DNA of 64,000 bases from Camelus dromedarius (Eukaryota). Positions 38,149 through 52,270 of this stretch are shown here, in pieces. The notes below the pieces were generated by a model. It was given only the letters and a program-made list of their open reading frames with translations, did no database searches and had not been told where the DNA came from. The position numbers were made by a program, and so were the translations under genes. Where the stretch lies: contig NC_087437.1 of the NCBI RefSeq assembly GCF_036321535.1, positions 14,510,001 through 14,574,000 on the forward strand, written 5' to 3'. Each line of letters begins with the position of its first letter. Within the stretch, counting starts at the first letter, position 1.

Positions 38149-41100
38149 AAATGAACATAGAGAAAGTTGTATAAATAGGACAAGGTAGCAATAAATACAA
38201 ATATCAGCAGGAGCAATAAATGTCAATTGATAAAACTAACCAGTTAAGTGCTTCACAATCCACTTTAAGAGATTACTATATGTTTAATGCAAAAGCCAGA
38301 AAAGGATAATATGAGGAAGGAGAATTCCTAGGTTGATCTTATGCCCAACAACATAATTGTACAGTCATGGCTTGGTGAGAGGGATGGCAACCATGAAAGC
38401 TGCAAAGGACACAGTGCCTGCACCTGTCATTCCTGCTTTCAGAATACCTCCAAGGACAGACAGTGCCTTTTCTGGTTTATTTCTTGGGGGAGGTTGGCAG
38501 GAAGCTCTTTAAGATCAACTCATTTGAGGCTGTCTCTTAATATTCATGACCTGAAGCTGCTACACAGCACCTGTGTTATATAACAGCACCTCTTTTACGA
38601 CCCAAGATGTCACAGTCTGACGAGTAATGAAGTGCTCACAGGAGTTATTGAAAGATTAACTGTAGACTCTTAACCAACCCAAGAGTTGCAGAAGATGAGG
38701 CGCCATCATAAAGAATTTATCAAAGTGATTCGTCTCTGTTGCTGTGGACAGATTACACTCTCATTCTGTCTCTGAAAGTTTATAACCAGCCTCTGAGTAG
38801 TTACAAATGTATTATTAATAGTCCTTAAAAACGGAATACATTTGAGCATGGTTTAAGCATTGCTCATGTCCAGAAATTTGCAACAGTCGGATCTGACCTT
38901 AGAATATCACTGCATCTTAAAACTTGACCGTCCTGAAACAAAACGTATGTTTCTCCCTGTGAATGCAGAGGCTCTCTCTACCTGTCGTCTATTCAGTGGT
39001 TGGTTAAAGCTTGAGTTGGTAAATTAGGTTAAAGGTAAAAGCTTGGATTTGCCTGCCCTCCTTCCTCTCTTTGTGAGAGCTGTTATTGAGTAAAGAGCAA
39101 ATGAAAAGGGATGAAAATCACTCGTAGGATTAGATTGTGTGTCTGAACTGGGCAGAGAAGAGGCTGCCTAACTGTAAATTTCGGTCACTTCCAGGTGATG
39201 AGCGAGACGAGTGCAGGGACTTTTCTTCCCGGTACTGATCTACTTACTGAGCTGATGCACAAGCCCTGAGCTCGGCCTGTTGTGAAGGAGTCAGAGGCCC
39301 AGGCAGTTTTCACTAGAGGAAAGAACCCCCACAATACGAGGGGCTCCAGCAGGAGCTGTTCCGTGTGTTTCCCTCAGGGACCTCAGTGGAAGGGTGGGAC
39401 GGGATTCAGATGCCCCTGAATCCCATGGTAAAATACCATCCATACCCCACCCCCCACCACTGTTTCCATCAAGCTACAGGAGGGCATTTTGTGAAGGCAG
39501 CAAAGCACACTAGGGGCTCCTCCAGAGCCTGGTTTGGAAGGCCGTGGCGGGGATTCAGGGCAGGAGGAGCTGGCTGCGGGGCCCTGCTCCCTCCCAGCAA
39601 GAGCGGATGAACTAGAGTGCGAGTGCAGAGGGGCCCTTGGGGACTCCAGCATCACGTCCTTGTGTCTGAGGCAGCGGTTGCCATCCCGCCTCCCAGTCCC
39701 GGGGGCAGAGGTGCAGCACTCACACTGCCCCGTGTGAACGGGGGATGGAGGACTCCCACCTCTCCATCCTCTTTAGACCTGCCCCCTTGGCAGTAGGCAT
39801 CCTCAACACTTTGAGGAAAGCAAAATGAACTCCTCGTCTGGAGCAGACGGGGAGGAGAGCGGTGGTGAGGCAGAGAGAGAGGTGAAACACGGAATTGGAA
39901 AACATCGTCTCCTGCTATGAACAACGGTCAAAACATTGCGTAGGGACACTTTTTTTCTTTTTTTTGTTTTAGAGTGACAACTCTACTGACAAGAAAAGAT
40001 GATGTCATTTAAGTCTCTTGGACTAAATTTGGAATATGAAGAGCATTTTCAGGATTAGCTGATTGTTAGTATAGCTGAGAAGGCACTAAGAAAAAGTCCC
40101 ATTCTGTGCCAGCAGACCCTGTGGACATGCCTGAAGATAGCTGGAGATTTTACTTTTTCTGTTGGCTTTTGACTTACAAGTCAATGTGAAATGCTAAGCT
40201 ACTCATTTGCTATGTTTTCAGAATTCTTCTGCCTGATTTTTAGATTGCAGAAGCTGCAGATGCTGGTGGTTCAAAGAAGCAATTGAGTTTAACAGAAGAA
40301 TTGTGTTGAACATTTTCCAGCAATATCATTATTCTGTACATCTACCTGTTGTAGCATGACTAGAGGAGGTGAGAGGCAAAACCAAACTCTAATATTATGC
40401 TAAATCAATCTGACCTTTAATTTTGCTGTTTATGCTGTCAGGTATCCAAGATGTCAGTATTAATTTGGTTTATATGTGCTGATTGTGAGCTGTATGAAAT
40501 AATGACTAGAAGGACAAGCATGGATTCAAATCTTGGCCCTGTCCTTTACTAGCTGCCTCAGTGTCCTCATTGGTCCATGCAGGGGGTCGTGAGGATTAAG
40601 GGAGATTTCTTATCACCAGTTCCAGGCACAATGCCTGGTACCTAATAGATGCGAAATAAATAATAGAAATTATTTATTATTCACATAGCTCTCTAGTAAA
40701 CAGATCTGGGCTTGATGACTGTGGTTTAAGGTTGGATGACAAACTTTGAGGGAAAAAAACAGCCTAATTCTCTTTCAGACAGAAGTCTAGGTGGTATCTG
40801 GTGAGGTTCACGCCCTGCGAGCAGCCTGCAAGGTGTGAAGCTGCCAATGAGAACAACCCGAGAGTTAAATTCCTTTCTATTTTTTTTTCCCTCCTTCTGA
40901 CTCCTAAATCTAATAAATTAGACTGGGAATGTCAATAATCTGAGTTACGTGAGGCCATAGGACCAGGAGCTTTCTGGTGCCGGCTCTGCCGTTTGGCAGT
41001 CGGGGGCTTTAGTTTGTCTCCTCACTTACTGAATGCGAAGAAGTGTCGCTCCTCCTCTGCAGTCCAGTGAGGTTGTTGCCGGGGGATATGGCAGCAAGTG

Positions 41101-41403
41101 ATAGGTGCACCGCGCCTGGCATCCACATCCCTGTTCTCACCCACCCAAACTGCCGCACCCACCTCTGGCTCCTCTTTTGTGGTGGAAAATCTGGTGCTTT
41201 TTAGCGGATTGCCAGTTTGGTGTAGCTTCTTGGTGACCTCAGGGCATTTTGTTGAGCACCCCTGGAGCAGAGAGCTCCACCCACCACAGACGTGCCTTAC
41301 GGGCGACCAGGTGTGCCCATCACATAGGCGGAAGGACTTTTTCTAAGAGAAAGGTTTCTACTCTTTTTCTTTTTTGAAGTGTCCACATTTTAATTTTAAG
41401 ATT

Positions 41404-41556
41404 AGAGGGGACAATATAGCTCAAGTGGTAGAGCGCATGCTTAGCATGCACAAGGTCTTGGGTTCAATCCCCAGCACCTCCTCTAAAAAATAAAACAAAT
41501 GAGTAAACCTAATTGCCTCCCCCCCAAAAAAAAAACTTTTTAATAAAATAAATAAA
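41404..41556 (+). mobile_element. tRNA-Ala-derived SINE (vic-1-like, camelid)
   Basis: A box TAGCTCAAGTGG, GCATGCTTAGCATGC, B box GGTTCAATCC, tail AAACCTAATTGCCTCCCCC then A-rich; TSD TAATTTTAAG at 41391-41400 and 41557-41566. Confidence 0.88.
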
Positions 41557-42314
41557 TAATTTTAAGGTTGGCAAGCTTTCAGTGGACCCTCCATCATGGT
41601 AGCAAACTGCACATAAAGCTATTACAGAATGAACTGTTTTGAGAAAAGTCTTTCTTCTTACAGTTGTTGCTTAGGAAACAGTAGGTTGATCTCTGCCCCC
41701 AAGTGGCTTAAAATTCGCTGACAAAATGTAGAAAAATTTAAATGTGAGATTGGAAGAAGAAAAGTTTGCACTCATATAAATAATTGTGAGCAGATTCTTG
41801 GTCATTATTTGGGGATGATTATTTTGTTATTTTAGTCTTTACAACCTTGACTTTTCCCTTGGTCTAGTCTTCAGTCTCAGCCTGTCCTGATGGATAGCAT
41901 TTTAATATAGGATAGTAGGTCCAGGAGAATTCCTCCGTCTCACCAACAAGACCTTCCTGGCACTTAGCGCATTCCTGGCACTTAGTCAGAGTCTTACATA
42001 ATTCGGTGTCATCATCTGCCTGTCTTTGTACTTTAATAATAAACCTGGTCTGATTCCTTCCTTTTGCTTTTAATGCTTCTGTAGCCTGTGGTTAGACGTC
42101 ATCCTTTCCTTTATGATAACTGTGTTTTGATGACCAAAGAAGTGTTTGGGGGGTTCTGAAGCTACCCTGATGGAGCTGTGAAAGAATCTTTTCTCCTTGC
42201 TATGAACGCTTGAGGAAGCACCAGAGGAAGGCACTGAGAGGTGGACAGGTCCACGAGCTCTGCACTCGCCGCCCTCCTGGGCTCGGGTTTGTCTTGCCTA
42301 CAGAGTGCAAGCCC

Positions 42315-42490
42315 CGGTGCTTTCATGTATTTATTTAACAGGTAGATAGTAGTATCCCCTTTATGTGGATGAGAAAACTGAGGCTCAGTGAGGTGAAATC
42401 ATATACCCAGGCTACAGGCTACAAGTGAATAATAGAATTAGGATTTAATCCCTGGATTCTGACTTCAAGCCCGGTATTCCTTTACCTATT
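42315..42490 (-). mobile_element. MIR SINE
   Basis: GATGAGAAAACTGAGGCTCAGTGAGGTGAAAT core. Confidence 0.8.
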
Positions 42491-43245
42491 CCACATGAAC
42501 AGTTAGGGGAAATAATGGATTACCAGAAAGGAAATGTAAGTTTTGCAACAGGAGAAAGAGTGTCTTTGAGTCCTGATACAGTACCAAGTGGCCACTAGTG
42601 AGGACAACTTGCACAGGGAGCAAAGGAAGTTCTTCAATACCTAGAGAGTGGATGTGGTTCTTATAAATAGGCTAGGTGTCAGGAGAATGAGTTGGCAGAT
42701 CAGATCAGTCCTTTGGATTGCCCAGACAGTCAAGGAGGCAGTTCCTGATTTGCCACAGAACAGGAAGATGCCCACAGCAGACTCTCCAGATAAGTGAACG
42801 CCCGGTGGAGACAGAGCCTAGAGCCAAGGATGCCAAGAATTGGTTTTGTGGGTACAAGGGGTCAGTAAAATTCTCTTCGGATGTGAAAGCAACTACACCA
42901 ACTCAGCTATACCTAAGCCAGGTGTTGAGTATCTTTGCTTAGCTTGGTTCAGGAATCTGCATTCAGCAAAGTAGTTTCTTGCTTGCAAACTACTCAACTG
43001 TGACTGTTTTAGACGTGCTTTTTGTTTTTACTCAGAGTATTAGGCTTCTACTATGTGCTGGGCATCATTCTTGATCGTGAATAATGTGAATAATATCTCT
43101 GCCTTCCTGGAGCTTCCGACCCAGACAATAAGGGAATTTAAAAATATCATAAAGAGAACCGTACTATGTGGAAATCTAACAAGGTTGTTGTGATAATGGG
43201 TGACTGGGTAGCTAGTTTGACTTAGTGGTCAAGAAAGGCATCTCA

Positions 43246-43679
<434 letters not shown>

Positions 43680-45400
43680 AAGAAAGGCATCTCAGAGTAG
43701 GTAACATTAGACTGAAATCTGAGTGAAAAGAAGCAACCTGCCCTGCCAAGGTAAATAAAAAAGAACATCCCAGCTAGAAGGACAAAAAGGACAAAGGCCC
43801 TGAGGTGGGGACACACTTGTCATTGTTAATGAACAGCAAGATGGCCAGTTGTGGCTGGAGTGTGGAGAGTGGGAGGCCCAGTGGAACGAGGTAAGGTACA
43901 CAGAAGTGAACAAGAGCAAGAAGTTTGGGTTAAACCCCCATTAATTGTTTGAGCTACTTGAATTGATAAAGAAAGGGATGAGTGAGACTTTGTTGAGTTT
44001 GGTGCTGATGGCAATAACCACATCAGCTCTAGATCCTGGGATAGTCTGAATGAATGGACAGCGAGAAACCACAAGGAAGGAATTAGGGCTCTCTTTGGAA
44101 GTGGTGGCTGTTTCATTCATTTATTCAGCAAATAAATGTGTTAGTATATGCTAGATGTAGCTAGGTGCTGTGCATACAGAAAGATGAGTGAGAGCTACTT
44201 AGGAAGCCCATATCCCTTTGTCCTCACAGATATCTTCACAAACAGCCCCTCTGAAAGTTACATCCTTAAATTACCATCTCTATGGATACCAAGTCTGCAG
44301 TAGACACAGCAGCCCTTTGATCTCTGAGCTGGTTGTCATCTCTAAGCAGGAACAATTTCCTTTTCCTTCATGCATTTCTGAAAGTGTGCCGGCATCCCCA
44401 CTCTTCCTGGCTGAGAGTTGTCTTTGTTCTCTTCATGCTCTCACTTACCTCTTCTCACCTACTCGTTCCTGATACTTACTAGTTTATAGTGGTAGAAAGG
44501 ACTACTCTTCCTGGAGGAATATAAAGGGTGCCTAGAGTGTCCTATTTTTCCCCCTCTCACAAGATTCAAGCTGCATGCATTTATCACTGAATATTTCCAT
44601 TTTAAGAAGTTGTTAATTCCAATAAACGTTGATGGAGGTTTGAAGCCCAAACATTTTAATGAAGTCATAAATCAAGAAGCCACAGCAGCCTTCTTCCTAT
44701 GTCCTCACACAACATTATCTGCAGGATAGAAGGTTTCCTAAGGCATTATAGCGCCTACTTCTGGTGGGCAGAAGCATTGCCCGCTTGGGTTTTAATAAAC
44801 TGCCTTCAGCCCAGTGCAGAAGTGGTGTGGAGAAACTGGACTTTGTTCCTCAAGCGTCAGTCACCACATGCCCTTTTCTCGTCCCCATCTCTACACAGCC
44901 TTACAGTTGCACATGTCGAGGAAAAGAATCACTAACAGATGCCTTTGTTTCAGTGGTTTTTCCCTGCCCTTTTGACTGCAGTAACCAGTGTGCTCACCGT
45001 TCAAATCAGGTGCCAGGCTCACGTCCAGCCTCCACTGAGCGTAGCCTCATGTTCTCATCTTTGGAATTCCACAGCTGTGACCTTTACATGCCGAAATGAG
45101 AAAATGTCTTATCTATGGACTAAATTCCTTCTGGTATTTTTTTCAAATGTCTTAAAATATTCACTTACTTATAATCTCCTACTTAATGCAGTTTTCCTAG
45201 GTTCAGTGGATCTCTGTTTCAACATATTGTATCTGCTTTATATAGTGTCATGTATTATTTAAATGCATTTATTATAAAATGGGACATGCACGAGCTTTGC
45301 AGATTGCCAAAGGTTGCCCTCTGGGCAGATTTCTCTATGAACTGCATCACTCATGAGCTCCTCCTTCCCACTTTCATTTACAGAGCATCCTGATACAGGC

Positions 45401-45414
45401 GTTACCATAGTAAC
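45401..45414. promoter_or_regulatory. Candidate RFX X-box
   Basis: GTTACCATAGTAAC fits the GTTNCCATRGNAAC consensus. Confidence 0.45.
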
Positions 45415-48400
45415 AAAGAAAGATTGTTCAAACAAAAACGGGGAAAGAGAGACAGCACTGAGCTTTCCTCTTCACTGCTTTAGGTTTTTGTGAGCCCACC
45501 AACCCAGACAGCGGGCCTGGGGAAAGCAGGGAGCCCTATCCCCAAGGTTACTGACTATAGTTAGAGAGGTAAGAGTGTTCTAATACTTGTGGATTCTGAG
45601 AATTCAGTTTATCAGATATTTAGTAAGTACTCACAGTGTGTCATACAAGCAGGCGATGTGGTTGCTGCCTTCAGAGAACTTGCAGTCCAGTCATCATACC
45701 CCTTTCACACAAGAGTTGTTTTGCAGAAATCAACAAAATTTCCAGATAGAATCCTTTTATTACCAAGCATGTTGTTTCTAAATCTCTTGAGAATGGACCC
45801 TTGGTTTATGGTTATAAAACAAATTGTCCTGAATACCTTGCTAATGGGATGAAAATGAGATCCTCCATTTGAAATACTTAAGCCTTCTGCATTTTTGTTA
45901 AGTTCTTTGATGACTTACATCATAGCTGATGGTTTATGAAAAGCCAATTGCTTTTTGCCCCCATGTAGTTTCTGACCTGTTGAGAATACCCTAGGTGAGG
46001 TAAAGAGCACAGAAGTTACAGGAACTCCAGACAGTGGCAAACTAGAAATGCTTATAGTTTCTTGAGAATAATAATCAAAATGCTATGGTGGTAAATCAGA
46101 GGGAATGAATTGGAGTGACAAGTGAGAAATGAGCTGAGTTCCATTTTCTGCATAAGCAAGTAAGTAGCAAGGAACATTTATGACATCTGAAGCTAAGTTA
46201 TTTCTTGAATGTTTGCTGCCTTTGAAAGCCCTTTCAGTTCTTCTGGTGTGCTATATATGGTGCTGTTTACTACATGACCGTTCTGTTCTAATTGCAGTTA
46301 GTGTAAGGTAAGCCTTTACAGTGCTTGGAGAATCTGGCTTACGAGTTTAACGGTGAAATTTCTTCGTGGATCTGAAAGTGTCCTGGTTCATAGATGAATT
46401 CACAAAATTGAGTTATTAAAAGAGAAACATGGAAGAGTATTTACTGATAATAACAGCTGATTCATTGGTTTAAATGAGTAGTTTATAATCTTGTGTTTAC
46501 TTCCCTCAAAGAATTTCTGTGTAATAGTATCTTTCACTTAAATTTGAAAATGACTCAATTCCATGTAGATTTTTGTGGTGAAAAAGAAAAAGCCAAACAA
46601 AAATGGAATCTTATAAATTCTTAAAATTTGACCTTCCCCAAGCCCCTGAATACTGCATCCTTACTATTTGACTCATTAGGAGGATGAAAAGAAGCTCTCA
46701 GAGTGGCATATTTAGAGACCCTAATGATACTAAAAAGTCAAATTCACTGGTTTAAGTTTGAATTCTGTTATTCATGAATTCCAGCCTCTGGAAGGATAGA
46801 CTTTTAAACAATCAAATGGCCCAAAGTTAGCAACAGAAGGGTGAGAAGGATACAGATAATCCACAAATGGTAATCAAAGCTTGCAGGCAGCGTTTGGCCA
46901 AGTTGGAGAAGTCAGTCTGTCTTGCTAACCTTCAGATCACACGACCACTTTTAGAGGGTGAGTGGGGAGAGCCGCTACCAAGTCACAGCCAGTCTAGCAA
47001 CGGTTGTTTTCCTCCTCTCAAGCCTGAAAAAAAACTGTTTCAGAGCAGGTACTCGTTATGTCCACGGAGTGGTCAATAGCTCATCCTACAAAGAGAATAA
47101 CTGGTGAGCTATGAAGTATTGGGGATCTGGAGGTGAAAATTCACAGAGTTTAGATACTCGACTTTATTGAAATAGGTAACAGTACTGATTCACCCAAAGA
47201 AGGCTGTCCTTTAGGTTGGCCTCCCAGGTGGTCTTAGGTCACTTGAGCCGTCCACATTCTGTTGCCCAGGTTGCTCTTAAGCAAGAACCTCATTTGTAGC
47301 TGCATGTCTATGGTTAGAGACTTCCTCTATGAACTGGGAGCTCTGACTTTCTCAGTAGGGACACAGCTAACTTGGGACTGAATTCATGTCCACAGGTGAC
47401 AGCACCATGTTCTACCAAAGATAACATCATCCTCTTCAAGTTGCCATTACATTTTGTCCCTTTCTTTTTGGGGTACAAATTCATCACAAAAAGAAGCATT
47501 GATGTTCTAAGAACACACCCTGCTTTATATATATATATAGTTTATGATATAGGTCTAGATTGGTTTGGAGAAAAAGATGAGACCATGAATGTGCAAAGCA
47601 CTTATCACAAACAGAACTGGACTTGATGATTATCTGTAGAACAGGCAATGTGAAGTAACCTACCTTAGAGGGTAGCTGGGGGCACTAAATGAGATAATGC
47701 AGGTGTGCTGATCAGGAAGACAGTGCAGGGAGCAGACATCACTGTAGTAGTTCAAGCAGAAAGGAACTGCATATAAATAATTAAGTGCTTGCTAAACTAT
47801 TGGAAAGCTGGGACAGTAGAAGTCAGGAACTGTTAGGTCCAAAGACACACCAGTGTAGCAGCAATCCAGGGGTCAGAGACCACCACAGCATCCACCATAG
47901 TCATTTCTACGGACCAACAAAGCAGCTACCAGGATACTGAAATGTTGAATGCAGCTGCCTCCCTGCTTCTCATTCTGAGCAGGAGCTGACCTGCCAGCAG
48001 CTGTAGAAACAGCACAGTGGCCTCTCGGTCTCTTCTGCCTCCCAGGTCTTCCACAAGCATGTAGCACACATCCAGAGCACTGCCACGCACAGGAGCCTGG
48101 GAAACATGATTACAAGCTCTTGAACCTCTCCAGCTAGGAGGAAGGTGGAATGCAGGTTGGGAAAACCAAGTCACATTATTAACGACAACAGGAAAGTACT
48201 TACCACAGTGCCTGCTGAAGTCTAGTTATGTTTCTGCTGCTTTTGCTGTTCAGATGTAAGGTAGTATTTTTAACTCTGATGTCTCTGTCCTCATTTCCTA
48301 GCGATCTTTTGACAAATTGATTTTTAATGGCACCCAGAGACCCAGGACAGCTGAAGGGTTGCTCTCCCCCAAGGCTTGAAGTTATTTGATCAGGACCACT

Positions 48401-48547
48401 GCCAAAGCTCTCAGGGCACACATCACGACCAGGTCCTCCGTGGAACATGTAGACTTACTTGGGGTAAACCCTCACCCAGCAGATGAAGTCAAGAGCCTTA
48501 CTTAGCCTCCCCAGAGGAGAGGCAGTTTGGTCTACACCAGATGGAAT

Positions 48548-48722
48548 TGTGCTGTCCAGTATGAGAACCACTTACACACGTGTGGTGATCGAAATTTAGA
48601 TGAACTGAAGTTAAGTACAGTTTGGAATTCTCAGTAGCCTCATGTCACTAGCGGCATCATATCAGACACTGTGAGCATAGACTAGGTCTATCAGTCGCAG
48701 CAAGTTCTATCGGACGGCCCTG
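48548..48722. mobile_element. MER3-like DNA transposon
   Basis: GTGCTGTCCAGTATG..GCAGCAAGTTCTATCGGACGG termini. Confidence 0.6.
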
Positions 48723-49511
48723 CCAGAATGTCCCTTCACATGTGAATCAGAACTTGCAAGCATATCTCTGAACTCCCCAACCTTTGCAAGCTTTCTGAAA
48801 TATTAATGGCACAGAGTATCTTTTTAGGACCCCAGTCATTTCCCAGTCTGCACCTAGAGTCCTAGCGCTTTTCTATGATGCCCAAAGCTGCCCTTTGTGT
48901 TTGGCAAAGAGAACCATGAGTGTGGTGGTGGCTGTTTGACACCTCACTGACCACTTGACCATTATTCAAAGTTTGAGTATCCCTGGATGGACCAAATTGG
49001 CATGGATCCCTTAGGAGTCATCACAGCCAGACAGGCAAGGCAGGTTCCTTTGCTTATATGTTCTTTTTTCAACTTACTCCCTCTAGACAGCTGCTCCTTC
49101 CTGTCCCTAATATTCTGTATGCCCATGAGGTTTGATGCTTTACCTTGAAGTTTTGAAGTAATTCAATTTAAAAACTTGTCCTTGAGCTCCCAACCTGTTG
49201 GTAGACAAAACATGTGCTTGGGTTGGATGTGGTCACTGTGGCCTGGGCTACAGTGCAGCACTCATAGATGTAGTATATCTATCCTTGCATCACTTGCTGA
49301 CACTGCAGTGCAGTGATCCTGAGCCCTGGGTGTAGGAGCCTTTGTGAACCAAGGTGGTTAGCGTTCATTCCATACCTACACATTCTGTCTCCACCATCCA
49401 TCCTTGGCAAGCAGAGCTGCGTCGGGAGAATATCCCAAGTTTGGACTTAGGGAGTAGAGAGATGCTGAGCTCCTACAAAAAGCCCAAGTAAGACTATTGA
49501 AAATGAATGGG

Positions 49512-49754
49512 TGGAAAGGGATAAATTTGGGAGTTTGAGATTTGCAAATGTTAATCACTATATATAAAAATAGATTAAAAAATAAATTTCTTCTGTATAC
49601 CACAGGGAGCTATATTCAGTATCTTATAATAACCTTTAATGAAAAAGAATATGAAAATGAATATATGTATGTATATGCATGACTGGGACACTGTGCTGTA
49701 CACCAGAAATTGACACATTGTAACTGACTACTTCAATTTAAAAAAAAAAAGAAA
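49512..49754 (+). mobile_element. Young L1 3' end
   Basis: GGGATAAATTTGGGAGTTTGAGATTTGC..GACTACTTCAATTT plus poly-A; TSD GAAAATGAATGGG (49499-49511) / GAAAATTAATGGG (49755-49767). Confidence 0.9.
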
Positions 49755-50456
49755 GAAAATTAATGGGATGGGAAAATTAATGGGTTTTGTGATTTTCTTA
49801 CATCAAGGCAGATGACAAGGTAGCTACATATTTTATTATTTGGCTCTTCATAGAGATACCTTCACCACCCTAGAATTTAACATTATGCTTTTGGCTTTTG
49901 TTGAAAGTAGCTGTGTGCAAAAGTTTCCTTCCCTTTTTGTTTTAAGGAAGAAGTATCAAAGACTTTGCTCATTGAGTTGTACAATGCCTCTTATGTAAAG
50001 ACGTGTGAGATAATTCCTCTTATAATTCAATACCAGGGTAAAAGTTGTCTTTACTGACAAATTCATACGCAGACAGTTGTGTAATCCATTCAAATCTCTT
50101 TTTGTCTTGGCTCCAAGGAAGCTCTAAAAAATGTTTTGGTTAACTTGCAGTAGTTTCCCTAGCCTAGATTTCCAGGTGTTATATTCATTCCCTACCATCA
50201 CTTGTTCTTATTCCCTATATTTAAGAGTTTGGGGTTTTTTATTGTTGGTTTGTTTTAGTAATCTTATGTTCTTGTAACCTCCATTTTGCATATAAATTCA
50301 ACATCAGTAAATTAGTGGATATCAACTTGGGTATGAAAAGTGACCTCTGGAGACTTTTAAAATGTGCATGTCTGGAGCTCACCTCATAACGAGTGGATCA
50401 GAATCTCTGGGGGCAGGACTGGAATACATATCATGTATATACGATATAGGTGTGTG

Positions 50457-52270
50457 AAAAATGTGGAGACTAAACAATATGCTACAAAACAACCAATGGA
50501 TCACTGAAGAAATCAAAGAGGAAATCAAAAAACACCTAGAGACAAATGAAAATGAAAACATGGTGATCCAAAACCTCGGGCACACAGCAAAAGTAGTTCT
50601 AAGAGGGAAGTTTAGAGTGATTGGATTGGAAGAATCAATATAGTTAAAATGACCACTTTACCCAAGACAATCTACAGATTCAGTGCAATCCCTATCAAAT
50701 TACCAATGACATTTTTCACAGAACTAGGACAAAAAAAGACCCCAAAAGCCAAACAATCTTGAGAAAGAAGAATGGAGCTGAAGGAATCATGCTCCCTGAC
50801 TTCAGACTATACTACAAAGCTACAGTAAAGAAAACAGTATGGTACTGGCACAAAAAAAAAGACACATAGATCAATAGAACAGGATAGAAAGACCAGAAAT
50901 AAATCCACGTGTTTATGGTCAATTAATCTACAGCAAAGAAGGCAAGAATATACAATGGCGAGTAGACAGTCTCTTCCATAAAGTGGTTGTGGGAAAATTG
51001 GACAGCTACACGTAAAAGAATGAAATTACAACATTCTCTAGCACCGTATACTAATATCAACTCAAAATGGATTAAAGACTTACATGTAAGACTGGATACT
51101 CTAAAACTCCTAGAGGAAAACATAAGCAGAATACTCTTTGACATAAATTGCAGCAATATATTTTTGATCCATCTCCTAGAGTAATGGAAATAGAAGCAAA
51201 AATAAATAAATGGGGCCTACGTAAACTTATAAGCTTTTGCCCAGCAAAGGAAAAGACAACCTATGGAATGGGAGAAAATATTTGCAAATAATGTGATCAA
51301 CAAGAGATTAATTTCCAAAATATACAAATTGTTCATAGAAGTTAATTATCAGAAAAGCAAATAACTCAATCAAAAAATGGGCAGAAGACTTAAACAAGAA
51401 ATTCTCCAATGAAGACATACAAATATCCAATAGACATATGACAAGATGCTCAGTCTTGCTAATTATCAAGAGAAATGCAAATGAAAACCACAATGAGGTA
51501 TCCCCTCACACCAGTCAGAATGGCCATCATTAAAAAGTCCACAAATGGTAAATGCTAGAGAGGATGTAGAGAAAAGGGAACCCTCTTACACTGTTGGTGG
51601 GAATGTAAATTGGTTCAGCCACTATGGAGGACAGTATGGAGGTGGAGGTTTCTTAAAAAACTAAAAATAAACTACCATATAATCCAGCAGTCCTACTCCT
51701 GGACATATATCAAGAGGAAACTAACTCAAAAAGACATACGCACTCCAATGTTTATAGCAGTACTATTTACAGTAGCCAAGACATGGAAGCAACCTAAATG
51801 TCCATCAGCAGATAAATGGATAAAGAAGATATGGGATGGGTGTGTGTGTGTAATGGACCTAGAGATTATCATATTAAGTGAAAGAAGTCAGACAGGGAAA
51901 GATGAGCATATAAAATCAGTATATGTGGATTCTAAAAAAAAAAAATAGTACAAATGAACTTATTTCTAAAACAGAAATAGACTCACAGACATAGAAAAAA
52001 ACCTTATGGTTACCAAAGGGGAAAGGGAGGGAAGGGATAAATTATGATTTGGGGGTTAACAGACGCAAACTACTATATACAAAATAGATAAATAAGGTCC
52101 TATTGCATAGCACAGGGAACTACATTCAATATCTTGTAATAATATATAATAGAAAAGAATATATATACATGAATCACTTTGCTGTACACCTGAAACTAAC
52201 ACAATGTTAAATCAACTATAATAAAAGTAAAAAAATAATAATTTTTAAATAATAAAGTATAACAAAAAAA
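50457..52270 (+). mobile_element. L1 with decayed ORF2 and large internal deletion, inserted into a MER5-type element
   Basis: ORF2 peptides WRLNNMLQNNQWITEEIKEEIKK..VLRGKF joined to [10 protein letters not shown]; later INSKWIKDL and the 3'UTR. MER5-like halves at about 50330-50425 and 52280-52340. Confidence 0.93.

Noticed and set aside
41408..41480. Apparent tRNA-Ala genes (also about 53829-53898 and 60895-60970)
   Set aside because: Degraded acceptor stems, SINE tails and TSDs show they are retroposed SINEs.
47715..48200. Possible old ERVL-type LTR
   Set aside because: Only a vague resemblance; I could not fix termini or family.
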